Part shown: piece by piece, positions 1 to 9,537 of the stretch
How the letters are laid out: each line of letters starts with the position of its first letter
Numbering within the stretch: position 1 is the first letter of the stretch
NCBI GenBank assembly: GCA_039802605.1
Contig: JBDRWW010000004.1
Location: 32,001 to 96,000 of the forward strand
DNA: 64,000 bases
Source of the DNA: a candidate division WOR-3 bacterium
GTDB taxonomy: Bacteria; Hydrothermota; Hydrothermia; LBFQ01
Reading direction: 5' to 3'
Notes under the pieces: generated by a model
Told to the model about the DNA's origin: nothing
Database searches by the model: none
Seen by the model: the letters and a program-made list of their open reading frames with translations, nothing else
Made by a program: the position numbers and the translations under genes

Positions 1-1300
1 AAAAACCGTTGATGGTGTGGGTTCCGGTCAATCCATAGCGGATTTGGTTGCGGATATGAACAATGTAATAAACGGGATAAGGACCATACCGGAAAGTGGG
101 GAAGGGGTGGCAAACCTTATGTTAATGCTTGAAGGAAGGGAAATCCTGAACCAAATGGTAAAACCCGATTACTCGGAAGGCCTTATAATTTTCAGGTATT
201 CCCGAAAGGATGTTGATTCTATTAAAATGGCCAAAAAACTCGTTGAGGATTATATAAAGGAAAACATAGAAAAGGGGTTTATAGTGGTTCCGGCAAGTGA
301 TAAAAGGGTTATAAACAGGGTTGCCGAGGAGATTTATTACGACCTTTTAATAAGGGGTTGGAGGGCTGAAAAGACAAAAGTGGTTGATGTTTTGGAAAAA
401 GCCCTCAATTTGGAGTTTAAGCCCGATTTGGAGGCATTGAAAAGAAGGATTTACGATTATTTAACGGTTGAATCCCCTAAGATAATTGAAAAAGAAAGGG
501 TAATCACCCTTTTAAAGGGTATCCCTGAGAATGTTGAATTTATACCGGAGTATGTTGCGGAGAGGGTTGGGGGCGAATTTAAGGATATCATAAGGGGGGA
601 TTTGGATTTTATTTTAAAACAGGAGGTTAAAAGGCAAAGGGTTGAAAGCGTTTATGCCAGTATATTAACGATTATTCCAGAAAACCTGCGGCAAAACCCC
701 GAATTGGCGGTGGATATAAAGGGGGATATATCCCTTCTTTTAAGGGATAGTGTTATGATACCGGCGGATGGCGGTAAAAGGATAATGGATGTAAAGGTTT
801 CCGGTCTCCTTCCCATATACGCAAAAATAAGCGATCAAATTATAAAGAGTCAGATAACCAGTCTGGCAATAGCATTAATTTCCGTATTCCTCCTAATTGG
901 CATTATATTTAGGTCTTTTTATCTGGCCACACTCTCAACCATTGCCATCTTTATAGTTATCCTTGCCAATTTCGGAATTATGGGGATTTTGGGAATTCCA
1001 TTAAACAACGCTACGGTTTTAATAGCTTCAATAGCGGTCGGGATAGGAATAGACTACATAATACACTTCCTTTCGGATTACAGGAAGGAAGGTGATGTTG
1101 AAGGTGTTATAAGAACCACGGGAAAGGCTATATATTTGAACGCCTTAACCGTTTCTTTGGGTTTTGCCGTTTTGTTATTTGCAAACATGATACCGCTTAG
1201 ATATTTGGGAGGTTTAATAGGCTTGACGATGATTTTAAGCGCCTTGGTTTCAACAACCCTTTTGCCCTCAATGTTGAAAATAAAAGGAGGTATAAGATGA
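1..1300 (+). CDS. MMPL/RND-family transporter, C-terminal part (5'-truncated by window edge)
   Basis: C-terminal TM bundle with SIAVGIGIDYIIH and TGKAIYLNALT...GFAVL, typical of MMPL/RND; the reading frame is open to the window start. Confidence 0.85.
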   Translation, partial: KTVDGVGSGQSIADLVADMNNVINGIRTIPESGEGVANLMLMLEGREILNQMVKPDYSEGLIIFRYSRKDVDSIKMAKKLVEDYIKENIEKGFIVVPASDKRVINRVAEEIYYDLLIRGWRAEKTKVVDVLEKALNLEFKPDLEALKRRIYDYLTVESPKIIEKERVITLLKGIPENVEFIPEYVAERVGGEFKDIIRGDLDFILKQEVKRQRVESVYASILTIIPENLRQNPELAVDIKGDISLLLRDSVMIPADGGKRIMDVKVSGLLPIYAKISDQIIKSQITSLAIALISVFLLIGIIFRSFYLATLSTIAIFIVILANFGIMGILGIPLNNATVLIASIAVGIGIDYIIHFLSDYRKEGDVEGVIRTTGKAIYLNALTVSLGFAVLLFANMIPLRYLGGLIGLTMILSALVSTTLLPSMLKIKGGIR

Positions 1301-2022
1301 AAGGATTAAAGGCAATATTGCCGATGCTTTTGGCGGGGAACCTTTATGGATTAAGTGGCAATGATATATTAATCGGGGTGGATTCGGTTATGAACGCCCC
1401 AAAGGATAGAAAAACCTTGATGAAGATGACGCTAATAGACGGTAAGGGGAACGAAAGGGTAAGAACCGCCGAATCATATCAAAAGGGTAGAGATAAAAGG
1501 CTTATAAAGTTTATTACACCGGCGGATCAAAAGGGTGTAAGCTTCTTAGCCCTTCCAAACGATGTTATGTATGTTTATTTCCCCGCTTTTAGGAGTGTTA
1601 GGAGGGTGGCATCCCATATAAAATATCAGGAATTTGCCGGAACGGATTTAACATACAACGACCTCGGTTCTTTCGGTTATTCCAAGGACTACAATGCCGA
1701 AATCGTAGGTGAGGATGATGTGTCTTATATCTTAAAATTAACCCCAAAACCCGGAACGGATAAACCATATTCATACCTTAAAATGTGGGTTGATAAAAAG
1801 ACATTTCTGCCCCAAAAGGTTGAACATTACGACAAATCCGGCTCTCTATGGAAGGTTATGAGGATTGAGGGGGTTAAAAACATCAAGGGTTATAACATAC
1901 CCTATAAGATCTCGGTTGAGAATGTGAAGAAAAAACATAAAACCATAATGGAGTTTGAAAATATGGAGGTGGATGTGGGTTTGAGCGATGATATATTCAC
2001 CGTTAGTTATATGAGGAGGTGA
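1297..2022 (+). CDS. Outer-membrane lipoprotein-sorting protein (LolA-like)
   Basis: Signal peptide; F.TPAD.KGVSFL, Y.PAFRSVRRVAS and F.GTDLTYND motifs; SD AAGGAGG upstream; usual partner of MMPL genes. Confidence 0.8.
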   Translation: MKGLKAILPMLLAGNLYGLSGNDILIGVDSVMNAPKDRKTLMKMTLIDGKGNERVRTAESYQKGRDKRLIKFITPADQKGVSFLALPNDVMYVYFPAFRSVRRVASHIKYQEFAGTDLTYNDLGSFGYSKDYNAEIVGEDDVSYILKLTPKPGTDKPYSYLKMWVDKKTFLPQKVEHYDKSGSLWKVMRIEGVKNIKGYNIPYKISVENVKKKHKTIMEFENMEVDVGLSDDIFTVSYMRR

Positions 2023-2026
2023 AAAC

Positions 2027-3310
2027 ATGATTTTGCTTTTGGTATCCGATATAAACGGCGATGTTTTGGGATATTATAGGTATTGTTTTGGTTGCGATAC
2101 GGCGAGATGGACATGGAACGAGGAAAGGCTTGAATTGAGGTTTTCGGGTTCATCCGATAAGGTTTCTTATGGTGCGGATTTCAGGTTTAGGGTATTCGGA
2201 ATCCCGAATATAAACGGCCTTTCGGATATACAGAGGAGGGATAAGGGTGGAATTTCTCCAATATATGTTCAACCTAGGGAGGCGTTTATTACGCTTTACG
2301 ATATACCTTTTGGCGGTTTAGAGGTTTCCGTAGGGAAAAAGGTTATATCTTGGGGGAAGGCCGACGGAATAAATCCAACATCCCAAATATCCGTTTACGA
2401 TTATGAGGATTTCTTTGACATAGGGGCAAAATTGGGAACAAACGGTATAAACATCAGGTATTCCCTTGGAAACTTTTGGGTTGAAGGGGTTTTTTCAACA
2501 TTCTCCCCAGATGCCATCCCGCCAGATCCCTATTCTTCCGTTTTCTTCTCCTCTTTTCCCGATACCATAAACATCGTTGCGTTAAACGACACCATTAATA
2601 TTCCCAAAAACGGCCTTAGGGGGCCTTCCGAATTTGCAATTAGATTTGCCGGAACCGTAAAGGGTATAGACCTTTCCCTTATATACTTTCGCGGGTATGA
2701 TGGAATACCTTATCCCAAGAGAATTGATATAACCCCTTACAACCTCATTGAAAAACAGGTTAAGATAAACCTGATTATGGAATATCCCAAGTATCATATG
2801 TTGGGTTTTAACTTCGCCTCAACCCCTTTTAATTTGGGTTTTTGGGGGGAATTCGCGCTCTTCATTCCCGATTCCTTTGAAACCCAAAAGAGGCTTTTAT
2901 TACCCGACCCCTTCGGTTTTGACTCCGTTACTCTAACATTTCAACCGAACAAACCGTTTTTAAGGTTCGTATTGGGTTGGGATTACACATTCCCAAAGGG
3001 TATATACGCAAACTTACAATACATAAGGGGATTTATAAACGAAAGGTCAGCCGACAGTTTAAGGGATTATTTTATTCTACGCATGGAAAAGACATTCTTT
3101 GACGGGAACTTAAAGGTTATGCCGGCCAACCTGCTATTAGAAGTGGGAAATTGGGGGAATATTGTGTGGATACCGGCATTTGAGTATTACCCCGTTGATA
3201 ACCTAACCGCTTCCTTTGGCGTATTGTTAATATGGGGTAAGGGGGATTCTCCGCTTGCAAGGATGGAAAAAATAGACGAAGCCTTTTTCAGGATAAAATA
3301 CAGTTTTTAA
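2027..3310 (+). CDS. Outer-membrane beta-barrel protein (DUF1302-like)
   Basis: REAFI...VGKKVISWGKADGINPT motif, C-terminal aromatic KYSF, third gene of the MMPL-LolA-like module. Confidence 0.65.
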   Translation: MILLLVSDINGDVLGYYRYCFGCDTARWTWNEERLELRFSGSSDKVSYGADFRFRVFGIPNINGLSDIQRRDKGGISPIYVQPREAFITLYDIPFGGLEVSVGKKVISWGKADGINPTSQISVYDYEDFFDIGAKLGTNGINIRYSLGNFWVEGVFSTFSPDAIPPDPYSSVFFSSFPDTINIVALNDTINIPKNGLRGPSEFAIRFAGTVKGIDLSLIYFRGYDGIPYPKRIDITPYNLIEKQVKINLIMEYPKYHMLGFNFASTPFNLGFWGEFALFIPDSFETQKRLLLPDPFGFDSVTLTFQPNKPFLRFVLGWDYTFPKGIYANLQYIRGFINERSADSLRDYFILRMEKTFFDGNLKVMPANLLLEVGNWGNIVWIPAFEYYPVDNLTASFGVLLIWGKGDSPLARMEKIDEAFFRIKYSF

Positions 3311-3355
3311 AAGAAGACCTATTGGATGAGGGTACGGCGTTAGAATTCACACCTG

Positions 3356-3856
3356 ATGAGGAGGGTGGATGAATTCATAAGTTTTTCAAGGGAAATATCT
3401 TCGCTGAGATTGAGGAGGGAGTTGGAAAGGGCCAATTTGGATTTAAAGATTTCCCTATACAACCTTTTGAGGGATTATGAGGGTTTGAAGAGGGTTATGG
3501 AAGTTAGGGTTAAACAGAACGAGGAGAGGACAAAGGAGAGGTTTATAAGGGAAATAATCCCACTCCTTGAAGATATAGACAGGCTGTTAAATCACATAAA
3601 TTCCCTTGACATTCCGGAAAACGCTAAGGAATCCGTTAAAATCATTCTCAGAAAGGTTGAGCATAACCTTAAAAACCTCGGAATAGAAAAGGTTATGCCT
3701 TCCGTAGGGGATGATTTTGACCCCTCAATATGCGAAGCCCTAACAGTGGTTAATACGGGTGATGTGCCTAAGGGTAAAATAGCGGTTGTATTCGAGCCGG
3801 GATGGAGGTTTGAGGGGAGACTTATAAAACCGGCGAGGGTAGGGGTTGCGAATTGA
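3356..3856 (+). CDS. grpE: Nucleotide exchange factor GrpE
   Basis: Coiled N-terminus; FDPSICEAL...VFEPGWRFEGRLIKPARVGVA GrpE C-terminal signature. Confidence 0.85.
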   Translation: MRRVDEFISFSREISSLRLRRELERANLDLKISLYNLLRDYEGLKRVMEVRVKQNEERTKERFIREIIPLLEDIDRLLNHINSLDIPENAKESVKIILRKVEHNLKNLGIEKVMPSVGDDFDPSICEALTVVNTGDVPKGKIAVVFEPGWRFEGRLIKPARVGVAN

Positions 3857-5616
3857 AGCTAGTAATATATTCCAAAGGGAATAGGTTATATTTGGCATTG
3901 GGAGAGTTTGAGAAGGGGGTTTTCTTAGGGGAGGATGAACTGGGTAGGCCTGTGAAACTCAAAAGGGTGGATTTTTTATGCGGGGATGTAAAGGTTAAAC
4001 CGGATTTTAATACCATTAGAGAACTCGTTAAGGAGGATGATATAAGGCAGGTTTGGGAACTCGGCGAGGACTTGGATATTAAAACCTTATGCGAAATCCT
4101 CGGGAACGATTCCCCGGAATTTAAAGCATCCGTTTATTTGGTTTTGAACTCAACCCCTTATTTCAAGTTGGAGGGAGAAATACTGCGCAGGAGGGATGAA
4201 AATCAGGTAAAAAGTATAATCGAGGCCGAAAAGGCGAAGGATAGGGAAGAGGAGATATTAAAGGGCATTGAAAATATCTTAAAGGGAATGAAGACGGAAA
4301 TTTTGGAGGAGGTCTTAAATATTTACAATTACGGTTCCGGCGATAGGGATGTTGAAAGGGTTATAAAGAAAATTCCGGACTTTTGGAATAAATTCTTGGA
4401 TGCGGGTCTTGTGGGTATAACGGATATAAGCTTTGAGATCAGGGCACTGATGAACGATAACACTGGGGATTGTATCGGTATGGATTTCCATTACGAGGAC
4501 TTAACGCACTTGGATACTTTTTCCGTAGACGATGAGGATACGGAAGACATAGACGATGCCATATCGATTTGCGGGAACAAATTGTACATACACATAGCGC
4601 TACCTTATGCCTTTTGCCGGAGGGGTTGTGAGGCGGATAGGGAGGCCTTGAATAGGGGGGCAACCCTATACCTTCCGGATGGGAAATGGCACATGTATCC
4701 CAAAGAGGTGGTAAAAAACTCATCCCTTTTGCCCGGATACGAAAGGCCAACCCTTACTATGGAGGTTGATTTTGATAAAAATTTTGGGATAAAGGGATAC
4801 AGGTTTAAGGTGGCAAAGGTTATAAACAAGAGAAGGCTTTCTTACAAGAATGCCGAGGAAACGCTTAAAAGTATGGGTATATGGGAAGACCTCATGCGCA
4901 TAAGCGGTTATCTTAGGGATTTGAGGGTTAAAAGGGGTGGGGTGGTAATAGACAACCACTTTTTAAAGGTTTTGTTAAGGGATGGTGAAATCCTCATAAG
5001 CGTTGAACCCCCAAACGATGCTTCAAGGATTATAACCGAATTGATGATATTTTACAACTCAAAGGCGGGTGAATTTTTGGCCAATAGAGGAATTCCCGCC
5101 ATTTTTAGGGTTCAAAACGAACCCGTTGAAGGCGAAATTCCCGAACCCAACGACCCATTATACTATCCAAAGATAAAATCCCTTTCAAAGCCCATAACAT
5201 CAAGTACAAAACCGGGACCCCACTTAACAACCGGCGTGGATTACTATACTAGGGTCACATCGCCAATAAGGAGGTATTCCGATGTTTTAAACCAACACCA
5301 AATTTTGGCCGCTTTGGGATACATCGAGCCTTTAAAAGAGGAAGTATTAGCCGAAGAAATGCAAAGGGCACTATCCGGAGAATATAAGAGGCATAATGCC
5401 CAAAGAAACAGGACAAACTTTTTGATTTTGCATAAAATACTTTTGGACGGTTTGGTTGAGGGCATAGCTTATAACGAAACCTATGTGTTCTTACCCGAGT
5501 ATTTGTTTTTAAACGCAAAGAGCACAAAAAGGTTGGAGGTTGGAAAGCGTTATAAATTTAGGGTTAAAAGGGTCTTCTTTTCGTCCCAAAAGGTTATCCT
5601 TTCCCCCTTAGAATAA
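3853..5616 (+). CDS. RNB-domain exoribonuclease (RNase II/R family)
   Basis: SVDDEDTEDIDDAIS catalytic motif and TSPIRRYSD. Confidence 0.9.
   Translation: MKLVIYSKGNRLYLALGEFEKGVFLGEDELGRPVKLKRVDFLCGDVKVKPDFNTIRELVKEDDIRQVWELGEDLDIKTLCEILGNDSPEFKASVYLVLNSTPYFKLEGEILRRRDENQVKSIIEAEKAKDREEEILKGIENILKGMKTEILEEVLNIYNYGSGDRDVERVIKKIPDFWNKFLDAGLVGITDISFEIRALMNDNTGDCIGMDFHYEDLTHLDTFSVDDEDTEDIDDAISICGNKLYIHIALPYAFCRRGCEADREALNRGATLYLPDGKWHMYPKEVVKNSSLLPGYERPTLTMEVDFDKNFGIKGYRFKVAKVINKRRLSYKNAEETLKSMGIWEDLMRISGYLRDLRVKRGGVVIDNHFLKVLLRDGEILISVEPPNDASRIITELMIFYNSKAGEFLANRGIPAIFRVQNEPVEGEIPEPNDPLYYPKIKSLSKPITSSTKPGPHLTTGVDYYTRVTSPIRRYSDVLNQHQILAALGYIEPLKEEVLAEEMQRALSGEYKRHNAQRNRTNFLILHKILLDGLVEGIAYNETYVFLPEYLFLNAKSTKRLEVGKRYKFRVKRVFFSSQKVILSPLE
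5609..5614 (+). promoter_or_regulatory. -10 box TAGAAT 9 nt before the proS ATG (leaderless-type promoter)
   Basis: ccct-TAGAAT-aacccgcct-ATG with no SD; the same architecture occurs at more than 25 genes. Confidence 0.7.
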
Positions 5617-5623
5617 CCCGCCT

Positions 5624-7282
5624 ATGCGACAGAGCCTTTCCCTCATAAGAACATACAGAGAAGCGCCTTCGGAAGCCGAAACAAAAAGCCATAAACTTTT
5701 GGTTAGGGGGGGATATGTTAGACAACTAACAAGCGGGGTATATACATTTTTACCATTGGGTTGGAGGGTTTTGCACAAGGTTATAAACATAATCAGGGAA
5801 GAGATGAACTCCATAGGGGCTCAGGAACTTTTAATGCCCTCTCTAACCCCATCATCCCTATGGAAGGAATCCGGTAGGTGGGAAAGCTTTGGCGATGACA
5901 TGTTCCGTTTAAAGGATAGGAAGGGCAGGGAGTACGCTTTGGCGCCCACGCATGAGGAGGTTATATCGGAAATAGCAAGGGAATTCGTAAAATCCTACAA
6001 AGACTTACCCCAGATTTGGTACCAGATACAGACGAAATTTAGGGATGAGCCTAGGCCAAGGGGTGGTATTTTGAGGGTTAGGGAATTCATAATGAAGGAT
6101 TCTTATAGCCTTGATGCCTCTTGGGAAGGCCTTGATGAGAGTTATTCCTTACACAGGGAGGCGTATAAGAGGATTTTTACGAGGTGTGGCTTGAAGTTTA
6201 TACATGTTAAGGCATCAACGGGCTTAATGGGGGGTAAAGAAAGCGAGGAGTTCATGGTTATATCGGATGCAGGTGAAGATAAGTTGGCGTATTGTCCCAA
6301 CTGCGGGTGGGCGGCTAATGTTGAAGTTGCCCCGGTTGTTGATAAAGGGGAGAAAGTGGAGTTAAATTACGAAATGCCCGAATTGGTTTATACACCCAAT
6401 GCAAGAAGCGTTGAAGAGGTATGCACCTTCTTGGGTATAGAACCCAAATACTTGGTAAAAACCCTGGTTTATATCACGGATGAAGAACCCGTAATGGTTT
6501 TGGTAAGGGGCGATCACGAGGTTAATGAGAATAAATTGGCACAAATATTAAAAAACCCGAGATTGGCGACCCCCGAAGAAGTAAAAGGACTCCTTGAAGT
6601 TGATGTGGGTTTTGTTGGGCCAGTTGATGTAAAGATGAGAAAGATAGCGGATAATTCTATAAAGTATATGAAGGGTTTTGTTGTGGGTGCAAACAAACCC
6701 AACTACCATTTAATAGGGGTTTCCTTGGATGATATAGAGGATGTTGAGTTTCATGACATAAGGATGGTCGCCCGGGGTGATATGTGTCCAAAGTGCGGGG
6801 AGGAATTGTCCGTTAAGAACGCGATAGAAGTGGGTCATATTTTCAAGTTGGGGACGAGGTACTCCGAAAGTATGGGGGTTTATTTTACGGATAAGGATGG
6901 GGATAGGAAACCGGTTATAATGGGGAGTTATGGCATAGGCCCGGGTAGAATAATGGCTAGCGCCGTTGAACTATACGGTACAGAGGATTCTATGATTTGG
7001 CCAAAAAACATATCCCCCTTTGATGTTCATATTATAGACATAGTAGGGGAAGGTGATGAGGTTTATGAGGTGCTACAAAAAGCGGGTTTTGATGTTTTAT
7101 GGGATGACAGAAGGGAAAGCGCAGGGGTTAAGTTTAAAGACGCGGATTTGATAGGGGTTCCCATAAGGGTAGTTATAGGGAAGCACTGGGAAGAGGATAG
7201 GGTTGAAGTTCAGGATATATCAAAGGGGGAATCAAAGATTATCCACAGGGAAAACCTTATAAACTTCCTCAAAGAAGCGTAA
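5624..7282 (+). CDS. proS: Proline--tRNA ligase (bacterial type with editing insertion)
   Basis: LAPTHEE, FRDEPRPRGGILRVREFIMKDSYS, IEVGHIFKLG, MGSYGIG. Confidence 0.97.
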   Translation: MRQSLSLIRTYREAPSEAETKSHKLLVRGGYVRQLTSGVYTFLPLGWRVLHKVINIIREEMNSIGAQELLMPSLTPSSLWKESGRWESFGDDMFRLKDRKGREYALAPTHEEVISEIAREFVKSYKDLPQIWYQIQTKFRDEPRPRGGILRVREFIMKDSYSLDASWEGLDESYSLHREAYKRIFTRCGLKFIHVKASTGLMGGKESEEFMVISDAGEDKLAYCPNCGWAANVEVAPVVDKGEKVELNYEMPELVYTPNARSVEEVCTFLGIEPKYLVKTLVYITDEEPVMVLVRGDHEVNENKLAQILKNPRLATPEEVKGLLEVDVGFVGPVDVKMRKIADNSIKYMKGFVVGANKPNYHLIGVSLDDIEDVEFHDIRMVARGDMCPKCGEELSVKNAIEVGHIFKLGTRYSESMGVYFTDKDGDRKPVIMGSYGIGPGRIMASAVELYGTEDSMIWPKNISPFDVHIIDIVGEGDEVYEVLQKAGFDVLWDDRRESAGVKFKDADLIGVPIRVVIGKHWEEDRVEVQDISKGESKIIHRENLINFLKEA

Positions 7283-7299
7283 AGCGATTAATGGATAGC

Positions 7300-7455
7300 A
7301 GAGCACTCTATACCCCTTTCCTGACATTTTACAACGGCCACTTCGGCGGGTGAACAGGCCGGACTCTTATCGCGCCAAATTGGTCACCAATTGCCGTATT
7401 CCTTGTATTCCAGTGGGCGTTCACCTCCACTTGGGCACAGGAAGAGGACCCCTCA
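7300..7455 (+). ncRNA. Candidate 6S-like rod-shaped RNA
   Basis: GC-richer intergenic spacer with nested stems CCTTTCCTG(7315-23)/CAGGAAGAGG(7438-47), GGTGAAC(7349-55)/GTTCACC(7419-25) and AATTGG/CCAATT(7378-92), plus an unpaired ACATTTTACAAC bubble; ends and strand are uncertain. Confidence 0.5.
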
Positions 7456-9492
7456 CCGTGTAAAAATCTTCAAAAGTATCCCACCGTATTTGTGGAGTAG
7501 TGGTCCAAACACCAAGGACACTATTGACATCAACTTTATTAATATGTTCATCGATGGACCCGTTGTATCCTTGAAAGGATCGCCAACGGTATCGCCCACA
7601 ACCGCAGCCTTATGGGCATCGGAACCCTTACCCCCGAAATGCCCCTCTTCAATATACTTCTTTGCGTTATCCCAAGCGCCACCGCCGTTTGCCATAAAGA
7701 TCGCTATTAGTGCCCCAACCAGCAACGAGGCACCTAGGAAGAAACCGAGGGCCTCCGTTCCAAAAAGCAATCCCACCAAGATCGGTGCCAAAACGGCGGA
7801 TATACCCGGTAAAACCATTTCCTTTAACGCCGCCTGCGTAACTATATCTATGCACTTATCGTATTGGGGCTTTGCGTTTTCGTCTTCCAGTAGTCTCAAT
7901 TCCCTAAACTGCCTCCTAACCTCTTCAACCATTTTGTTTGCCGCTCTTCCAACGGCGTTGAGGGTTAATGCCGAAATCAAAGCCGGCATTGAGGCACCCA
8001 AAAACGCGCCCACAACGCTTTCAACCTTTGAAAAGTCAAGCTTGTCAAGGCCAACCGTTTCCTTATATGCAAACAAAAGGGCCAAAGCAGCAAGTGCCGC
8101 CGAACCTATCGCAAAACCCTTACCTATCGCCGCCGTGGTATTACCCAAAGCATCAAGTTTGTCCGTTATAGACCTAACTTCCTTACCCAAATGCGACATT
8201 TCCGCAATGCCACCGGCGTTATCCGCTATGGGTCCGTAAGAGTCCGTTGTCATAACTATACCTATGGTTGCGAGCATACCAACGGCCGCCAACGAAACGC
8301 CATATATCCCAAGGCCGGGACTCCCCCAAATCTCCGCGGAGAAATAGCCCAAAAGGAGTGCCAACGCTATGGTGATAAAGGGCAAAACTACGGATTCATA
8401 GGCAACGGCAACGCCGTTTATAATAACGGTAGCAGGGCCGAATTGGGCGGATTCTGCAATCTTCTTTATAGGGTTTCCGGATGTGTAATATTCGCTTTCA
8501 AAACCTATTAGCAGTCCGGCTATTATTCCGGAAACAACTGCTATCCATGTCCCCAAATAACCCACGAGTAGGGAGTTTATAAAGTAAGAACCTATTATAA
8601 ACAAGGCGGCGGCAAATATAGTTGCGTTCCTCAAAGCGGTTTGCGGGTCCGCCTTTTTAAACAGGTCTATTGACCAAACACCCAAAAGGGAGGATATAAG
8701 ACCCCAGGCGGATAAAACAACCGGAAGGCTCGCAAATGTTAAGGATTGATCTTTTAAAGCAAAGGATGCGGCCAATGCTATTGCTACCGTGGAAACCATA
8801 CTACCCACATATGATTCGTAAAGGTCCGCACCCATTCCGGCCGTATCTCCAACATTATCCCCCACATTATCCGCTATAACCGCCGGATTTCTGGGATCAT
8901 CTTCTGGAATCCCCGCTTCAACCTTACCCACCAAATCCGCACCGACATCCGCCGCCTTTGTATATATACCTCCACCCACACGGGCAAAAAGGGCAACGGA
9001 TGATGCACCCATACCGAAACCGCTTAAAACTGTCGGATCCTTTGTGAAGTATAGCCACAAAGCGACACCCAAAAGCCCCAAGGCTGCAACGGTTATACCC
9101 ATAACCGAACCGCCCTTAAAGGCCACGGAAAGGGTATCACCGGCGTTTTTTGTCCTATAAGCGGTATAAGTCGTCCTGACATTTGCAACAGTGGCCGCCG
9201 CCATCCCAACAAAGCCCGCCAAAAGGGAAAGGAAGGCCCCGGTAATATACGCCACACCCACTATTGGCTTTATAAATACTGCAAGAACTATTGCCACTAT
9301 CAGAGCAAATATACCAATATATGTATATTCCCTTCTCAAGAACACGAACGCCCCACTTCTAATAGCCGCCGCGTATTCAAGCATTCTACCTTCACCCGCC
9401 GGAAGGGATTTTATATAAAAATATGTAAGGATTGCTACTAAAAAGCCAACCGCTCCTAAACCCGCGGATATGATAAGGATGGCCATTTCCAT
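7453..9492 (-). CDS. hppA: Membrane-integral pyrophosphatase, K+-dependent (probably Na+-translocating)
   Basis: DVGADLVGKVE, DNVGDNVGD and DTVGDPFKDT motifs; GNTTAA with Ala marks the K+-dependent subfamily; start reassigned to ATG 9492 after a -10 box at 9501-9506. Confidence 0.95.
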   Translation of the reverse strand: MEMAILIISAGLGAVGFLVAILTYFYIKSLPAGEGRMLEYAAAIRSGAFVFLRREYTYIGIFALIVAIVLAVFIKPIVGVAYITGAFLSLLAGFVGMAAATVANVRTTYTAYRTKNAGDTLSVAFKGGSVMGITVAALGLLGVALWLYFTKDPTVLSGFGMGASSVALFARVGGGIYTKAADVGADLVGKVEAGIPEDDPRNPAVIADNVGDNVGDTAGMGADLYESYVGSMVSTVAIALAASFALKDQSLTFASLPVVLSAWGLISSLLGVWSIDLFKKADPQTALRNATIFAAALFIIGSYFINSLLVGYLGTWIAVVSGIIAGLLIGFESEYYTSGNPIKKIAESAQFGPATVIINGVAVAYESVVLPFITIALALLLGYFSAEIWGSPGLGIYGVSLAAVGMLATIGIVMTTDSYGPIADNAGGIAEMSHLGKEVRSITDKLDALGNTTAAIGKGFAIGSAALAALALLFAYKETVGLDKLDFSKVESVVGAFLGASMPALISALTLNAVGRAANKMVEEVRRQFRELRLLEDENAKPQYDKCIDIVTQAALKEMVLPGISAVLAPILVGLLFGTEALGFFLGASLLVGALIAIFMANGGGAWDNAKKYIEEGHFGGKGSDAHKAAVVGDTVGDPFKDTTGPSMNILIKLMSIVSLVFGPLLHKYGGILLKIFTR

Positions 9493-9537
9493 AGGCGTGT
9501 ATTCTAAGGGTGAATTAACACCCCTTAAAATACCCCC

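Noticed and set aside
7283..7452. Riboswitch, tRNA, SRP or tmRNA reading of the proS-hppA spacer
   Set aside because: It lies between two 3' ends, so no gene is available to regulate, and the diagnostic motifs are absent
7391..8239. 282-aa + strand ORF and many other antisense ORFs (for example 13627-14022, 54156-54563, 59298-59720, 60224-60709)
   Set aside because: They are shadows on the opposite strand of well-conserved genes, with Ser/Pro-rich non-family sequence
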